The notes beneath the pieces were generated by a model. That model searched no databases and was not told the DNA's origin. It worked only from the letters and a program-made list of their open reading frames with translations. Below, piece after piece: positions 7,101 to 18,800 of a DNA stretch of 64,000 bases. Origin of the DNA: a virus. The stretch lies in the IMG/VR virus record IMGVR_UViG_3300021379_000006, positions 32,001-96,000 of that record, one strand, 5' to 3'. A program made the position numbers and the translations under genes. The stretch's first letter is position 1; each line of letters opens with the position of its first letter.

Positions 7101-9845
7101 TGTAGCCATATCCCCACTTTGGTATTCAATAGCATTGATATCTCTAACAGATGTTAATATTTCATCCAGGTCTGCATCTGAAAATTCTGCTGATGACGCA
7201 ACTCTAACTGTTTCTTTAACAAAGTTGAAAATTGCCGTATCAACCAAGCCAGTTTCTGTTTGACTACCTCTTAGTTTTTGCAGTTTGGCTTGAAGTTGAA
7301 GAACTAAGTTGGCTTGTGTTTTAGATAAAGGTGTATTGTCTATAGTTGATAGTTCAATCAAACCATTAAAGGTTTGAGCATATCTGTCAAAATTTAATAC
7401 ATAATTGATGTATTCAGGCTTGCTTACATTCTCTGAATCTAGTATGTAATCCGTAAACTGTTGCAAGTCTTTGATACCCTGTCTAATTACACGGGTATAC
7501 TCTGCTCTAATTGCTTGTGGTCCTTGAGTAACTGCAACTTCTATACTAGCAATGGTATCATTGATTGCAGATATTGTACCTTCTTTAGTCATGTCAAGTA
7601 CAAGACCACCTTTTAGTTTTCTTAAAGCGTCTCTCCTTTTTACAAGACCAGCTGAGTATTCTTCTAAAGCACCAAGGTAATAATTGACCTCAGCATTAGA
7701 ATTATTATTATTTTCAGATTGAGCTTCATCTCCGCTTAGTTCTTCTTCTGCTATATTGTAGTCAGGAGAAGTTTTTCTAGCCTCATTAATTCTATCTTGT
7801 TGTTCTTGATCAAGGTTCTCTGGAATAATCTTGTCAACAACCTCTTCCATTTGAGAAACACTATGGCGGTAAATACCTTCTATCTGATAACCACCTTTCC
7901 AAACTTTCTTACCTTTTGCATCTTCCTCAATATTAACTTTAATATGGAAAGTGCTTATTGCATTAGGACCATCGGCTACAGTGTAACCCATGTTCTGTAA
8001 CATTCTTCTATAGATTGCTATCTGTAGATTGTGTTGTGCTTTTGTGCTAAGTGCTTTTTTATCTGTTTTTTGTTTTACCAAAGAATCATCTTGCAAAGGA
8101 TGAGGTTTCTCATATCTATCAGGATCTGTCTTTAGATAGTTTTGACTGGTCTTTAGGTCAAGAACTTTAATCTCACCGGCAGGTGTAATTAAAATCATAT
8201 CTGCAGTACCAGCTATACCACCATAAGTTTTACCATTAATTTCAATTGTTTGGTTATCAAACAAGACAACCTGCGGTATAGCAACAGAGCCATCAGAAGT
8301 AAGAGAATCTAAGTGAGATTGTAGATCAACATACACTTGTTCAACCTCCTCTTCAGAGAGTTTAGTTATGCCTTCTATATCCTCCACTAGAGTCTTTGAT
8401 ACAACAGCATTTAAGATTGCATCAAAGTCATTACCCACAGCAAGGTTAATTTCACGATCTTCTTTATTGAGCAGCTCTCCTTTGATTGCTCTGGTTGTAG
8501 AATAAAACTCTTCAGCTGTTTCTATGTCATAGTAGGTGTGATCTTCTTCATTCAGTACAACCAGGCTTGCAGAATCAAAAAGCTCAGGATTTTTGCCTAC
8601 ACTAAAACCGGTTATTTTTTTCTCAGTTTCTTTAGCTACATTAAGAAGTTTAGCAATAAGATCTTTTTGAACATCTGTTATTGCTTGATCCATTGCAACA
8701 TCCATTGCTACTTTGGTTTTGTCATCAAGAGAGTATCTTACTTGCCTATCTGCTTTAAACTCAAACTTAAATTTAATATCATCTGTGTTTAAAAGCTTTG
8801 CAACATCAGAAAGACTTGATGTCTCTTTGATATCACTTGTCTTAATTGCAAGATCTCTGTTTGTAATAAACTTATGTAAGTCTTTTAGAATATTAGAGAA
8901 CCATTGTAAAAACTCTTTAACCTTTTGCAAGAAACTCTTTGTTGGTTGAGTTTCGTATTCTTGTCTAAAGTGTCTTGTTAATGCTTGAGTAACTAATTCA
9001 AGGTCTCTGTGCATCTGATTAAAACCTCTATCATCACTATAAGCCTGATTAATTTGTTGTCTTAACTCACCAAAGGTTTCTTTGGCTTCCCTCAATAAAC
9101 CATCAAACAAAGGTTTATTCTCTTTATACAATGCATCTGTAAATGGGTGCAACACTTCTTCTATTGCTACATCACCATTAATTCTTTGACCAATGATATA
9201 TGCTTGACCATTTGCATAAAAAGATTTTACTTGAGAAAAAGGAATCTTAGCTTTTTGGTTTGCTGGTAAGCTATTATATATTTTCTGTGCCTCTGCTCTA
9301 GTTACATTGTTAATTGTAACTTGAGGAAACATTCTATTCAAATGATTTAGAATTGCTCTAACAGGACCTTTGACATCTTCACGTGCTTCAGGAATAACAT
9401 CTCTCATTGTAAACAAGTCTTCATTGATTACAATCTTATATGTATTATCTGTTTCTACAAATTCAACCATCTGCCTTGGACCATAAGAAATATTATTCTG
9501 ATCAAGGAAAGCTTGGATTCTCTGAATATTATTCTGAGCAATCTTTTTGTTTGATATTCTAGTACCCTTTGCTGTATTGTTTACATAGATAACATCATTG
9601 TATCTACTAGCTCGTCTTGTACCAATAATATTCTTTTCAAGAGCTTCTCTAAAATCTAATTTCTTTGCAGACAAAGCAGCCTTCTGATCTTTCAGATAGG
9701 TTTTAGCTTGAGCAACAGTCGGTATATCCTCTGTATTATTAATCTCCTGATAAACATTTATAATGTTATCTGTTTTAATATTTGTACCAAACTCTGCTTG
9801 TAGAGCTTTATATTCTGCTGTATTTCTATTTGGACACTTAGCCAT
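4197..9845 (-). CDS. Large RNAP-associated virion/ejection protein with PD-(D/E)xK nuclease-like domain
   Basis: About 1882 aa, likely start MAKCPNRNT at 9845, 2 nt after the RNAP stop. Contains a zincin-like EEVLHP, the nuclease motif IAGTADMILITPAGEIKVLDLKTS and QLxxY-like HNLQIAIYRRML. The C-terminal half is helical. Confidence 0.75.
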   Translation of the reverse strand: MAKCPNRNTAEYKALQAEFGTNIKTDNIINVYQEINNTEDIPTVAQAKTYLKDQKAALSAKKLDFREALEKNIIGTRRASRYNDVIYVNNTAKGTRISNKKIAQNNIQRIQAFLDQNNISYGPRQMVEFVETDNTYKIVINEDLFTMRDVIPEAREDVKGPVRAILNHLNRMFPQVTINNVTRAEAQKIYNSLPANQKAKIPFSQVKSFYANGQAYIIGQRINGDVAIEEVLHPFTDALYKENKPLFDGLLREAKETFGELRQQINQAYSDDRGFNQMHRDLELVTQALTRHFRQEYETQPTKSFLQKVKEFLQWFSNILKDLHKFITNRDLAIKTSDIKETSSLSDVAKLLNTDDIKFKFEFKADRQVRYSLDDKTKVAMDVAMDQAITDVQKDLIAKLLNVAKETEKKITGFSVGKNPELFDSASLVVLNEEDHTYYDIETAEEFYSTTRAIKGELLNKEDREINLAVGNDFDAILNAVVSKTLVEDIEGITKLSEEEVEQVYVDLQSHLDSLTSDGSVAIPQVVLFDNQTIEINGKTYGGIAGTADMILITPAGEIKVLDLKTSQNYLKTDPDRYEKPHPLQDDSLVKQKTDKKALSTKAQHNLQIAIYRRMLQNMGYTVADGPNAISTFHIKVNIEEDAKGKKVWKGGYQIEGIYRHSVSQMEEVVDKIIPENLDQEQQDRINEARKTSPDYNIAEEELSGDEAQSENNNNSNAEVNYYLGALEEYSAGLVKRRDALRKLKGGLVLDMTKEGTISAINDTIASIEVAVTQGPQAIRAEYTRVIRQGIKDLQQFTDYILDSENVSKPEYINYVLNFDRYAQTFNGLIELSTIDNTPLSKTQANLVLQLQAKLQKLRGSQTETGLVDTAIFNFVKETVRVASSAEFSDADLDEILTSVRDINAIEYQSGDMATNRDTLLAVLDKIYKAKEQEYLDKAQARENKIRAVAGKLAKLDPSTKPEDLYNFMLEFDEAGLPTGYIVQRLGPQYYNKIKELRDLLFDEDGNRMEYIEKFNEDEATPEELAYNKKLYELKQENARFWRAERGTSEGDIVDGNYHAYTEEFKTLRAKYERPEITASGFVIWKKKRSVDAKSWRKFRQTYGEYKETFFMDKKNGEPTGTLSPGQIWVPHNKYRYAKAQATVNGKKVSMLNEKYDAIMNPAVEDELSIARREFYQFYVETMEELTKKLPPNVMEQMAGRIPTILANKIKREGPVVAKMFAKMKRNVGDFFKETGSYRRVVVNEKGEIVNTLPIYYTGNLATEKDLEKIEEKRTLLKTRLDSKAISKTEYRNKMDILDVEEKRLRKKPTRETLNTDLGTSLLKFNTMAENFEVMSTIEDIVTSFIKVSDKREVLAPEAKSDNVVSVVGDAIVSGASKVRKMVPVGNRENDLESNIQKRIKKWARMVFYDNENLTQTALEKMSGLLMGYSSFAYVATNPLGNINNLTIGLLNNTIEVMGGRFFKRRAYLQMKKEFNVEQVLAKSVRRTGYILDGKKGYYDPKKPMTKWEGWVDVLRMMDSKTEIRETDQDSYFQKAGSWFYLLNDSFEYNVQTKIGMAIVASHKAVDENGNEVNLYEASTWDSKNQTIVIDPKYKIYDMNGNEVEWNDQYRYKLRNQIREVNKRIHGSYARADRMVMQSHFLGKLAVQFKKWVAPSIKSRMRREQYDENLGWVEGRYRSFTSFFAFAFKNLSDIKNLNKVYAEKLAEDFAREEGINYGHVEQRIKNKITGAYTTMGEIGLVLTIWALTELLGGVLATDDDDGEIEKRLKNLLKYNADRASKELYAFWPVVGWPQAYQLIKNPIASANVLGQFSEAVYSTGQTAIYGLFLDDKEFRKNKEVVYQRGKRKGDLKMSKEWNDVLPFLYTIQRWQNFDQEREFYVK

Positions 9846-9847
9846 AA

Positions 9848-12800
9848 TTACAATATACAAGATTTAATATTATCTAAGAAGTCTTCGTCACTATTATAGT
9901 TCAGATCTGGATCATTTCTTTGGGCAATAAAGTCTTCAAGGTCATTTATGTTTTGATCACGTAGTTTTTCTCTAGCTTCTGGATTTGTTTGTACATTCTC
10001 ATCCCAGAAATCAACAAGAGCTGGATACTCTTCTTCTAAGTTTGTTTCTTCAAGTTGATCAAACAAACTTAAACTTACTGCAGGTGCCTCAGAAGCATCA
10101 ACCTCTTGAGAAGTTACATCGGCTTCAACTCCACCTCCACCACCTGGAGCATATTCGTCAAAGTCTTCTGCAGTAAGACCTAAATCATTTTCCTCAAGCA
10201 TCTCCATTGTTAGATCAGATACCTTAACTAAGTTTTTTCCAACGCCTGCTGGAGCAAATGAATTAAGATCAACGTATACAGTATTGCCTATGTAATCAAT
10301 ATCATAACCCATAATTTTTGCTTGAGATAAAGCAGCTTGTTCTGATACAGGTAAGAACCCTTCTTCAAAACCACCTTCTTTTTCTAACTTTTCAACAAAG
10401 GTACGGATATCAGTATAAGCAGGACGTTCAAATCCACCACCATCAAACATAAAACCAATACCATTTTGGTAGTTAGAACCTTTCATCTTAATCTCTTCAT
10501 ATACACCAGCATTACCAATAGACACACCCTCTGAAGAGTTAATAATATTATCCTCTGTTACCGTAACAGGTGTATAGGTTTCTTTAAGTCTAAAATATCT
10601 AACCGTTTTATTTTTCTTGCCGGTAACAACTTTAAGAACTGCAGGTAATTCTACCACAAAGGTGCGCTTACCATTTATGATTATATCTTTTTTAATTACA
10701 AAGCCTTTTCTTTCTAGTTGGCTTATGTTTTTTGCAAGTTTCTTAAATTGATTTTCATTAAATCTGTCACCAAACTTTCTGGTGTTTTGAGTATTTCCAC
10801 TTCTCTTAAATGGTTTTACACCTTTATATATATCAACAATAAATACGTTTTCTTCATTTGTCAAGCTCATTGCAATAGGAGCTACGTTGATTGCTCTTTG
10901 TGTTGTACTACCCGTTTCGGTAAGCACCCCTTTTGTAAGAGAGTAACCAAACTCTTGACGTAATTTTTGCTCAATATAATTGTAAATATCTTTGCTTGCG
11001 GACTTTAGTTTCTTACGTTGCTTTTTGTCCAATAGTTGTTTAGGGAATACAATCGGTTTACCTGACTCTAAGATATCATTAACCTCTGTATCAAAACGCT
11101 CAACAAATGAATCAAGATCTTCACTATCAAACATTGTAGTAAGATCATACATTAAAGTTAATGGTAATGCATTTTCCATTCCTCTAACAGTAGAAGATCC
11201 AACTGTACCCAATTGTTTTGCGTTATCAACATAAACATATACCTTATCAGGATTTGCTTCTACAATCTTTTTATTAACCTGACCACGAAGAACTTCTGTT
11301 TCTTCAAATACTTGTTTGTAGAAAGGTATATTGCTTACTCTATTAAGAAGTATATTATTCTTGTTTGACTGCAAGTATCCAAGGACAAAGTCATTTAATA
11401 GTTCACGATAGCTCATACCAAACTTAGACTCAAACAAATCTAGTCTATCCTTTTTCATCATATCATGGATATCCTCAATACTTGTACTAAATGTATCAAG
11501 CAATGCTGGGGTAACAGCTTCAAGTAAAGAACCCGCACCAAACTGCAAACCATCTTTAACCATCATGTAATGGATAAGGTGTGTTGCCTCTAGTCTATTA
11601 TTAGAAAAGATTTCAATAAATGAATTCTGAATTCTAAGCTTATCAATATCACTTCTCTTACCAAACGTGTTTGATTCTGCCTTATGAATACCAGACTTAT
11701 TGTCAAGATCTCTAGCATTCTCATTAAAAATAAACTCATTTAAGAAGAAGTTATCAGGATAAATCTCTCTTAACTGATCTACCAATCCGTTTATATTTAA
11801 CGCAGCTCCAGATTGAGGATAAATAAACGCATTATTCAAAGAACCAAGAGACATTTGTGATCCCTTCTTATCTAAAGAATGCATATATGCTTTAATAGTT
11901 AAGTAAGAAAGCAAGTCTTTACCAATCTTATCTTTTTGTTCTGCGTCTAGTACATAATCATTGCTAGTTAAGTTACGTAGAGTAGCAGAAAGCAATCTAT
12001 CAAATGCAGGAGTCTTAGAAACAAATACATTAGGAAGAATAACATTACTAAAGTGATTTAGTACTTTAACCATGTTTGCTTGCCATGCATCTGATTTGAA
12101 TATAGGTCTAACATCTATAGGTACAGGTGCACCCTTAAACTCTAGATCTGCAAACTCTTTATCAGACAATCCAACACCTAGATTTTTTATCTCTGTAAGT
12201 TTTTGATTTACGTCTGCAAAAGTTCTACCTGGTCCCTTACTGATATTCATGACACTACTCATATTAGATAAGAAGCTCTTCACGTTATGAGCAGCCATAA
12301 ATTGTTTGAGTATAGAGTATATAGCAGAAGCTTCTTCAAAATCCATTTCTGGGTTAACTACTAAATCGTCTCCCTTTCTAATTTGTTCTTTTAGCAATTC
12401 ATCTGAAACCTGTACTGTATTTGTTCTAATTCCATTATCTGCAAAATCCAATTCTAAAGTTTTAATTATAGATTGAATTCTTGTAGCAATACCAGGATCT
12501 GTTGCTCTTCTTTTGTTATTAGCAGCAAAGTATTCTTCTCTAATTATAGGATGATTAACCAAAAGAATAGAAGTCTTAATTGGTACACCTAATTTAGTAA
12601 GAGTGGTAACTACAGCAAGAGCATCTCTATTCAAACCAAGCTTAGCTGCAAGACGTTCTTTAGCGTTATCCGTCATTGCTGTAATCAATGCTGAAATAAT
12701 AAACTGAGTTCTATTCCCTTGCGTTTCTTTACCATCTTTGGCTAGTCTTTCATATTGCTCATTAAACTTATTGTATCTAATACCATTAAATTCAATTTGA

Positions 12801-15800
12801 GGAATTGTTTGACCACCAACAACTTTACTACGGATTTCAATATCAAATTCTCCTAATAGGTTTAAGTATAAGTTTGGTAGTACGGCAGCACCAATTGCAC
12901 CGGCACCTTCTTTATTATTCTTAAATGCTCTTCCTTTACCAAATAGGTTGTCTACGTCTATGCCTTCTTCTTCAACCAATTGAGCTAGTTCTGGCAATTC
13001 TTTTTGAATATCCTCCCATACATCAGTTAATGGTGTAAGTACAGCAGGATCATAAGCAATAGGATTTTCTCCATCTTTTCTTGCAACCGTATTACCTTCA
13101 TTACCCCACAAAGCAAACTTATAATCTAATAATTGATTGTTTAATGCTGCTTCATATGGATAACCAAACTCATCTCTATAAGCAACAAACTCTTCTACTG
13201 TTGTTGGTAAGCCTAAAACTTTTAATGCAGTGGTAATTCCTTTGCCAATACGTTTTGCTTCTTCGTCTGTAAAACGCCCTTGCTCTCTTAATCTTCTTTT
13301 ACCTTTTTCAAGAGCTTTTGCATATACAGATGATGGAGAGTTTATTTCTTTTCCAACATAGTGTATGTAGTCATCAAACTGTTCTTGATCAGTTCTTGTG
13401 GTATCACCATACTCAATGAACTTACCATTTTTAATATACCACTCTTTCATTTGAGTGTATACCTTATCAATATCAAAGTCAGCTCCTGATATTTCAATAA
13501 GTTCTTTTGAGAATATTGCAGTGGAACCATAAGATGATGGTAAGAAGTCAACCACCTTTGTAGCCAATGCAGAGTGCTTATCCTGTGAAGGAATACGTAC
13601 AGCAAACATTTTAGCAAATACGTCTGGCATAGCCTTGGCTGTTTCCTCTATCATCTCCATAATTTCTTCAGAGAACGCAGGCATTATAGATTCCGTGTAT
13701 CTTACCCCAGTAAAGTTTCCATCTTGATCATACTCTTTAAGATTGTGTCTTAGTTCATCTCTAACAATAACACCTTTACCATTTGATCTTTCAATTGCAT
13801 CTGCTAATCCTACAAGATTACCCTCAGAGTCTATGTCAATTTCTATTGGTAATGGATTGCTGTTATAAACTTTATCTCTAATGACTTCAAACTTATCTGG
13901 AACACCGTTTTCATCTACAGAGAAAACACGTCTTACAACCTTCACACCACTATCAGACATAAGAGCTAAAGCATCTCCGGCTACTTTTTCTGACATTGTT
14001 TCTTTGGTAAAGTATGATAAGAATAGTTGCTCAAACTTATCAATCACCATAGGGTTATTCAAATCATATTGACCGCTTGGATCAAAGAACTCAATAACAT
14101 TACTAGACGCTTGACTTGCTTTAAGACCTTCTTGAGCAAATTGTAAAAAGTCTCTTAACTCTATTGTCAAAGACCCCAGCTTTTTACTATCACCTAATGA
14201 TCTCATTGCAGTTTCTAAACTGAAATCAGCAATAAGATTCACCTTATTATGATATTTAAGATTTAGTCTAGCAGCTGTTCCTCTATTATAGAATTCTCTT
14301 AGTTCACCTAAAGTTTTAGATACATAACCATCTAGAGTTTTAATCATCACCTCTACGTCATCTGCCTGTTCTGAAGTAATCAAACTTCTTAGCTGTGTTG
14401 GATCTGTAATCTTTTGCTTATTAGAAGGGTTCACCAATTGCAATCCCATAAATCTAGCATTAAGCATTGTGTGTGGCAATGCTTGAGCATTAGAATTAAA
14501 CTGACCAAATGCTGCTTCATTGCTAACAACATTTGGTTTCATCATTTTACTTGCACTAGCTGGTGCAGCCATTGCTATTGTTTGATCTCCATCAGCTTCA
14601 ATCTTTTCAAGCTTCAACCTTAAGTTATGTAGCTCTTCATATTGAACTTTGGCTGTTCCATCTTTTCTTGTCGTAAGTTCTGGAGTTAAAACAACCGCAG
14701 ACATTTTAAGGAATGTTTGACCATCACCATAAACAAGTTTTAGTGAGTTAAATACACTTCCTTGTTTGATATGACCACCAGCGGCATAGTATTCTTTTGC
14801 TGTTACCTTTTCACCTCTTTCTAATTTATCTAATAGTTCTGCTTTATCTTGTGTAAGCTCTGCAAAACCAAATAGCATATGACGCAATGCTTTGGTAGTA
14901 ATATAAACCTGAGCATCTGTTCTCTCACCTTGACCACCAGAATACTTTCTATCAAATAAAGTATCACTAAATGTAACAAGAGATATATTTTCAGTTGCAT
15001 GATAAACACCACGACTTTCATCAATAACAGGTGTGTAAGCACTCTTATATGATGCATTTTGCATCTTAGCTCTTTTAACCTTATCAACAGAATCTTTTAG
15101 AGATATAGCTTGATCACCAAGTAATAATTGATTAATTGCTTTTGTATTTAACCAATCATTAAAGAAGATCTGCATTAAGTTATAATCTTCATTATCTCTA
15201 ACAAGATTTAACTGTTCCATTGCGGCATCACCTTGTGCTACACCATTGTCATCAGTAATACCATTTAATATATCTGAAGAAATTAAATCTTTAACACGCA
15301 GGTTATCCAGTTCTTGAGCAAATCTTTCATACTCTGACATCAATCTAGTTTTAAGTAATTCTTTGAAACTAGTAAGTGTTATTGATGATTCATTAAGCAT
15401 ACCAACAGCTTGTTCTAAAGAAATGTCTGGATTATTTATTGCTATTTGTTCTAACTCTTCTTTAAAATCAAATTCTGTTTGAAGGGCAATTTCTTCCTTA
15501 AATTCATCAATAGGAACAAGTTCATAACCAAATCTGGTCTTTTTCCCTTCCAAGAAATCCTTCATTACTTTAGTCTCAACATATAGTGTAGTGTCACCAA
15601 CATTTACAGCAAAGTTAAATTGCTTAGACTTTTCTAGTTGAACTGCATCCCCCATTGATTTAACAATGTTAGATATATTGGTATTATCAACTTTTGTTTG
15701 ACCCAACGCTCTTAAAACAAAAACACCTTCTTGTTCTCCAGATCTAACTGTAACATTTGCTCTTGTATTTTTTAGCGTTAAACCTATTGTTTTAGATTGA

Positions 15801-18800
15801 GCATCACTTACATATACTGTCTTTTGTGTACCATCTAATACTCTATTTCCAATTTCTGAAGTAAACTTAGGATCTTTAGCATCAACTCTTGTTTCTTCTT
15901 CTCTGGTTGTTTTAAGCAAAGAAGCTGTGTCATTAAACTGGTAAGCTCTACCTTCATTATCAGTGAGAACACCATTCTTAGCATTGTATCCTTCTATTGG
16001 TACTTTATCTTCATCAGCTTTGCTTGATTCTCTTTGAATTCTTGAAAACTCTCTTCTAAGTTCTTCAAAGAATAAATCAACAGTAGGTTCTGTAATTGTA
16101 GGTTGACCACTTGCATCAAATTCAACAGTCTTAATAATAGGTAAACCAAGTAAATCACCAGTATTAGATGCTTCAATAACTCTAATAAGAACAGGAGCCA
16201 ACGCAGTTTCTACAATCTCACCTTCTTCATTTGTAAATACAACAGTTTTATTCTGTTGTTTAAATGCCTGGTAATTAGCTAAATAGGAATTCACTAAAGT
16301 TGCAGTAAACTCTGCACCAGTTAGACTACCATATGTTTTACCATCTTTATCTAGAGCTACCCCACCATTTTCATCTAATGCATTTTCATCAGTAGATCCT
16401 AATGCACTTTCTTTTGTACCAGCAATTCTAAGAACGCTTAACCTTTCTTCTTCTGACAACTGCATGAAAGCAGGACTGTTCAAAAGAATATTAGTTAGAT
16501 TATATCCTTCCTGACCTTGTCTTAAATCTTCAAGGAAGGTTGCATCATTTAATTGTTGTACCATTTTTAGATGATACGTTGGCATTTGGTGAGCATAAAC
16601 AAAATTACCCTCTGCATTTAAGAATACACTTTGTCCAATTGTCTCATCAAACAAGGCATTATTCTTTGCAAGCAACTGCAATCTAGATTTAATACCACCT
16701 TTTCTTGTAAACAAGTAAGCTGATTTTCTTCTTGATGTTTTATTTAGCTGTAGTTGTTTTGTGAACTCTATGATTGTATCTCTACTAATCCCCTCAGCTT
16801 GTTTGTTACTTTCAACTAAAGATTGTTGATACTGAGTTCTGTTTTGAATGTTCTCAGCAATAGTAAATTCAATGTAAGCGGGGGATAGTTTTATACCTAC
16901 AGTCTCATATATATCATTAGATATCTGAGCAGCAACAGATGAAAGCTTAGAGTCTTCCATTGCTTCCATGGTTTCCAAGTAAGGTAACAAGCTTTCAAGA
17001 GCATCTACTGCATTGAGCATGTCAACTTCACTTTCCTTGATAGCTTTAAATCTTTCATTATGTGACTGTTTCCATATATCAATCTGATTAGCCGCATCGT
17101 CTCTATTAGCTGCATTGTACAACAATAGTTTTCTACCTTGAACGCCTCTTTTTGTATTAACGTGAGCAAATAAATAATCTACTCTAAAGTTTTCAAGACC
17201 TTTATACAACTCATTAAAGAATACACGGTTTGTGATACTATCAAGTATTTCTTCTCTTGTTCCAGTTAATACAATCTCTTCTGATGTACCCAATGTTCTA
17301 AAGATCTTATCTACAACAGCTGCTGTTTGTCTGTTACCTTTAGAAAATGAAAGCATTGCTCTAAGAATACTAATCTCATCTGTTAGATTTTTCACAGACT
17401 TAAGAAGACCATTATAAGCACTCTGATAATCTACAGGAATAAATATTGCACCCTTGCCGTCTAGTAATTCTACATTACCAAACTCATCAGCTGCTTCTAT
17501 CTTGGTTGTGCCTATAAATGCTCTAAATGCAACAGGCAAGCTAGAGAAACCACCAATCATTGATTGATCAGTATTCCAATCACCAACACCTCTTAAACCT
17601 TGATCATATTCTATTTCCTCATTCGCGTACTCCTCATCTTTTATTTGTCTATCAAATAAAGAAATATATTGAGCAACTGCATCGTATGTATTTTTCTCAT
17701 ACTCTGCTTTCTTAATTGTCTTTTCTACAGTTTCTTCACCAATCACACCACCCAGTGCAGTGTAAATTTTGATCATCTTTTCAATTTGATCTCCAGACTT
17801 ATTGCTATTGTGATCTGCCATAGGATCATAGAGTTCTCTAAAATCCTTAATGACTCTCATAACAAGTTCTTGTCTAGTTTCTTGATCTTCTATTTCACCA
17901 CCCTGTAGTCTTGTCAAGTATGTACCAGTCATGGTTCTGATTAAAGTATCAGCTGTATCAGGATCAAGATATTTTTTAGCAACACCTTTCTCTAATTCTA
18001 TTTCATCATAAGCAAGAACCTTAAATGCTTCTAATGTAATACCAGGCTTGAGACCTTGTGTAAACATATTATTCTGTACACCGGCTGATTTATATTTACC
18101 AGCATCAATGTTTCTGAATAACTTTTGTAATTCACTAACGCTATATGTACCAAATACATTCTTAATCCACTCAATAAGTCTATTAAAGAATGACTTAATT
18201 ACAGAACTAGTTTGTGTTGACTTAGGATTAGCTTTAAACTTCTCAAACTCATCAGCCATGTATTCTTCATAGTACTCTTTCTTGAGTTGCTTTTCGGACA
18301 TGTTCTGATATTTCTCAGCAGAGTTTTTGAACTTCTGTAGTTCTTCTGCAAGGGTTTTGCCTTCTGCTTTAAGCTTAGCTCTTACTTCATCGGCCGCTAT
18401 AGCCAAGTATTTAGCTTGCTCTTCTTCGCTAAGTAATAATCTAAACACTGCATGAAAAGCTTCATGGTATCTAAAACCTTTTGAACCTACATATACAGTA
18501 CCACCTATTTCTAGTTGACCAGCAAGATTTCTAAGATGCATAGCAAACAAACCAACAGGTACACCATTAGTTTTTAGTCTTTCTGCTACTTCACTAATAT
18601 CTCTAATCTGTACAAACTCAGGTAGATTTTCTGCAGCCCAGGTAATAAATGTATCAATATCTTCAACATCTTCAGCTGAGAAGTCTTCATCTACAATCTT
18701 AGGAGCAAAGCTATTTAAGATTCTTTCTCTTTTCTTGAACTCTTCATTAAGTTCATTGTAAGCTTGATCTACACCCCCAACTAAAATGTTGGTTAAATCT

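Noticed and set aside
9846-9860. ORF-track start MYIVIM for the 1887-aa protein
   Set aside because: It overlaps the RNAP 3' end. The ATG at 9845 (MAKCPN), 2 nt after the RNAP stop, fits the spacing pattern of the operon.
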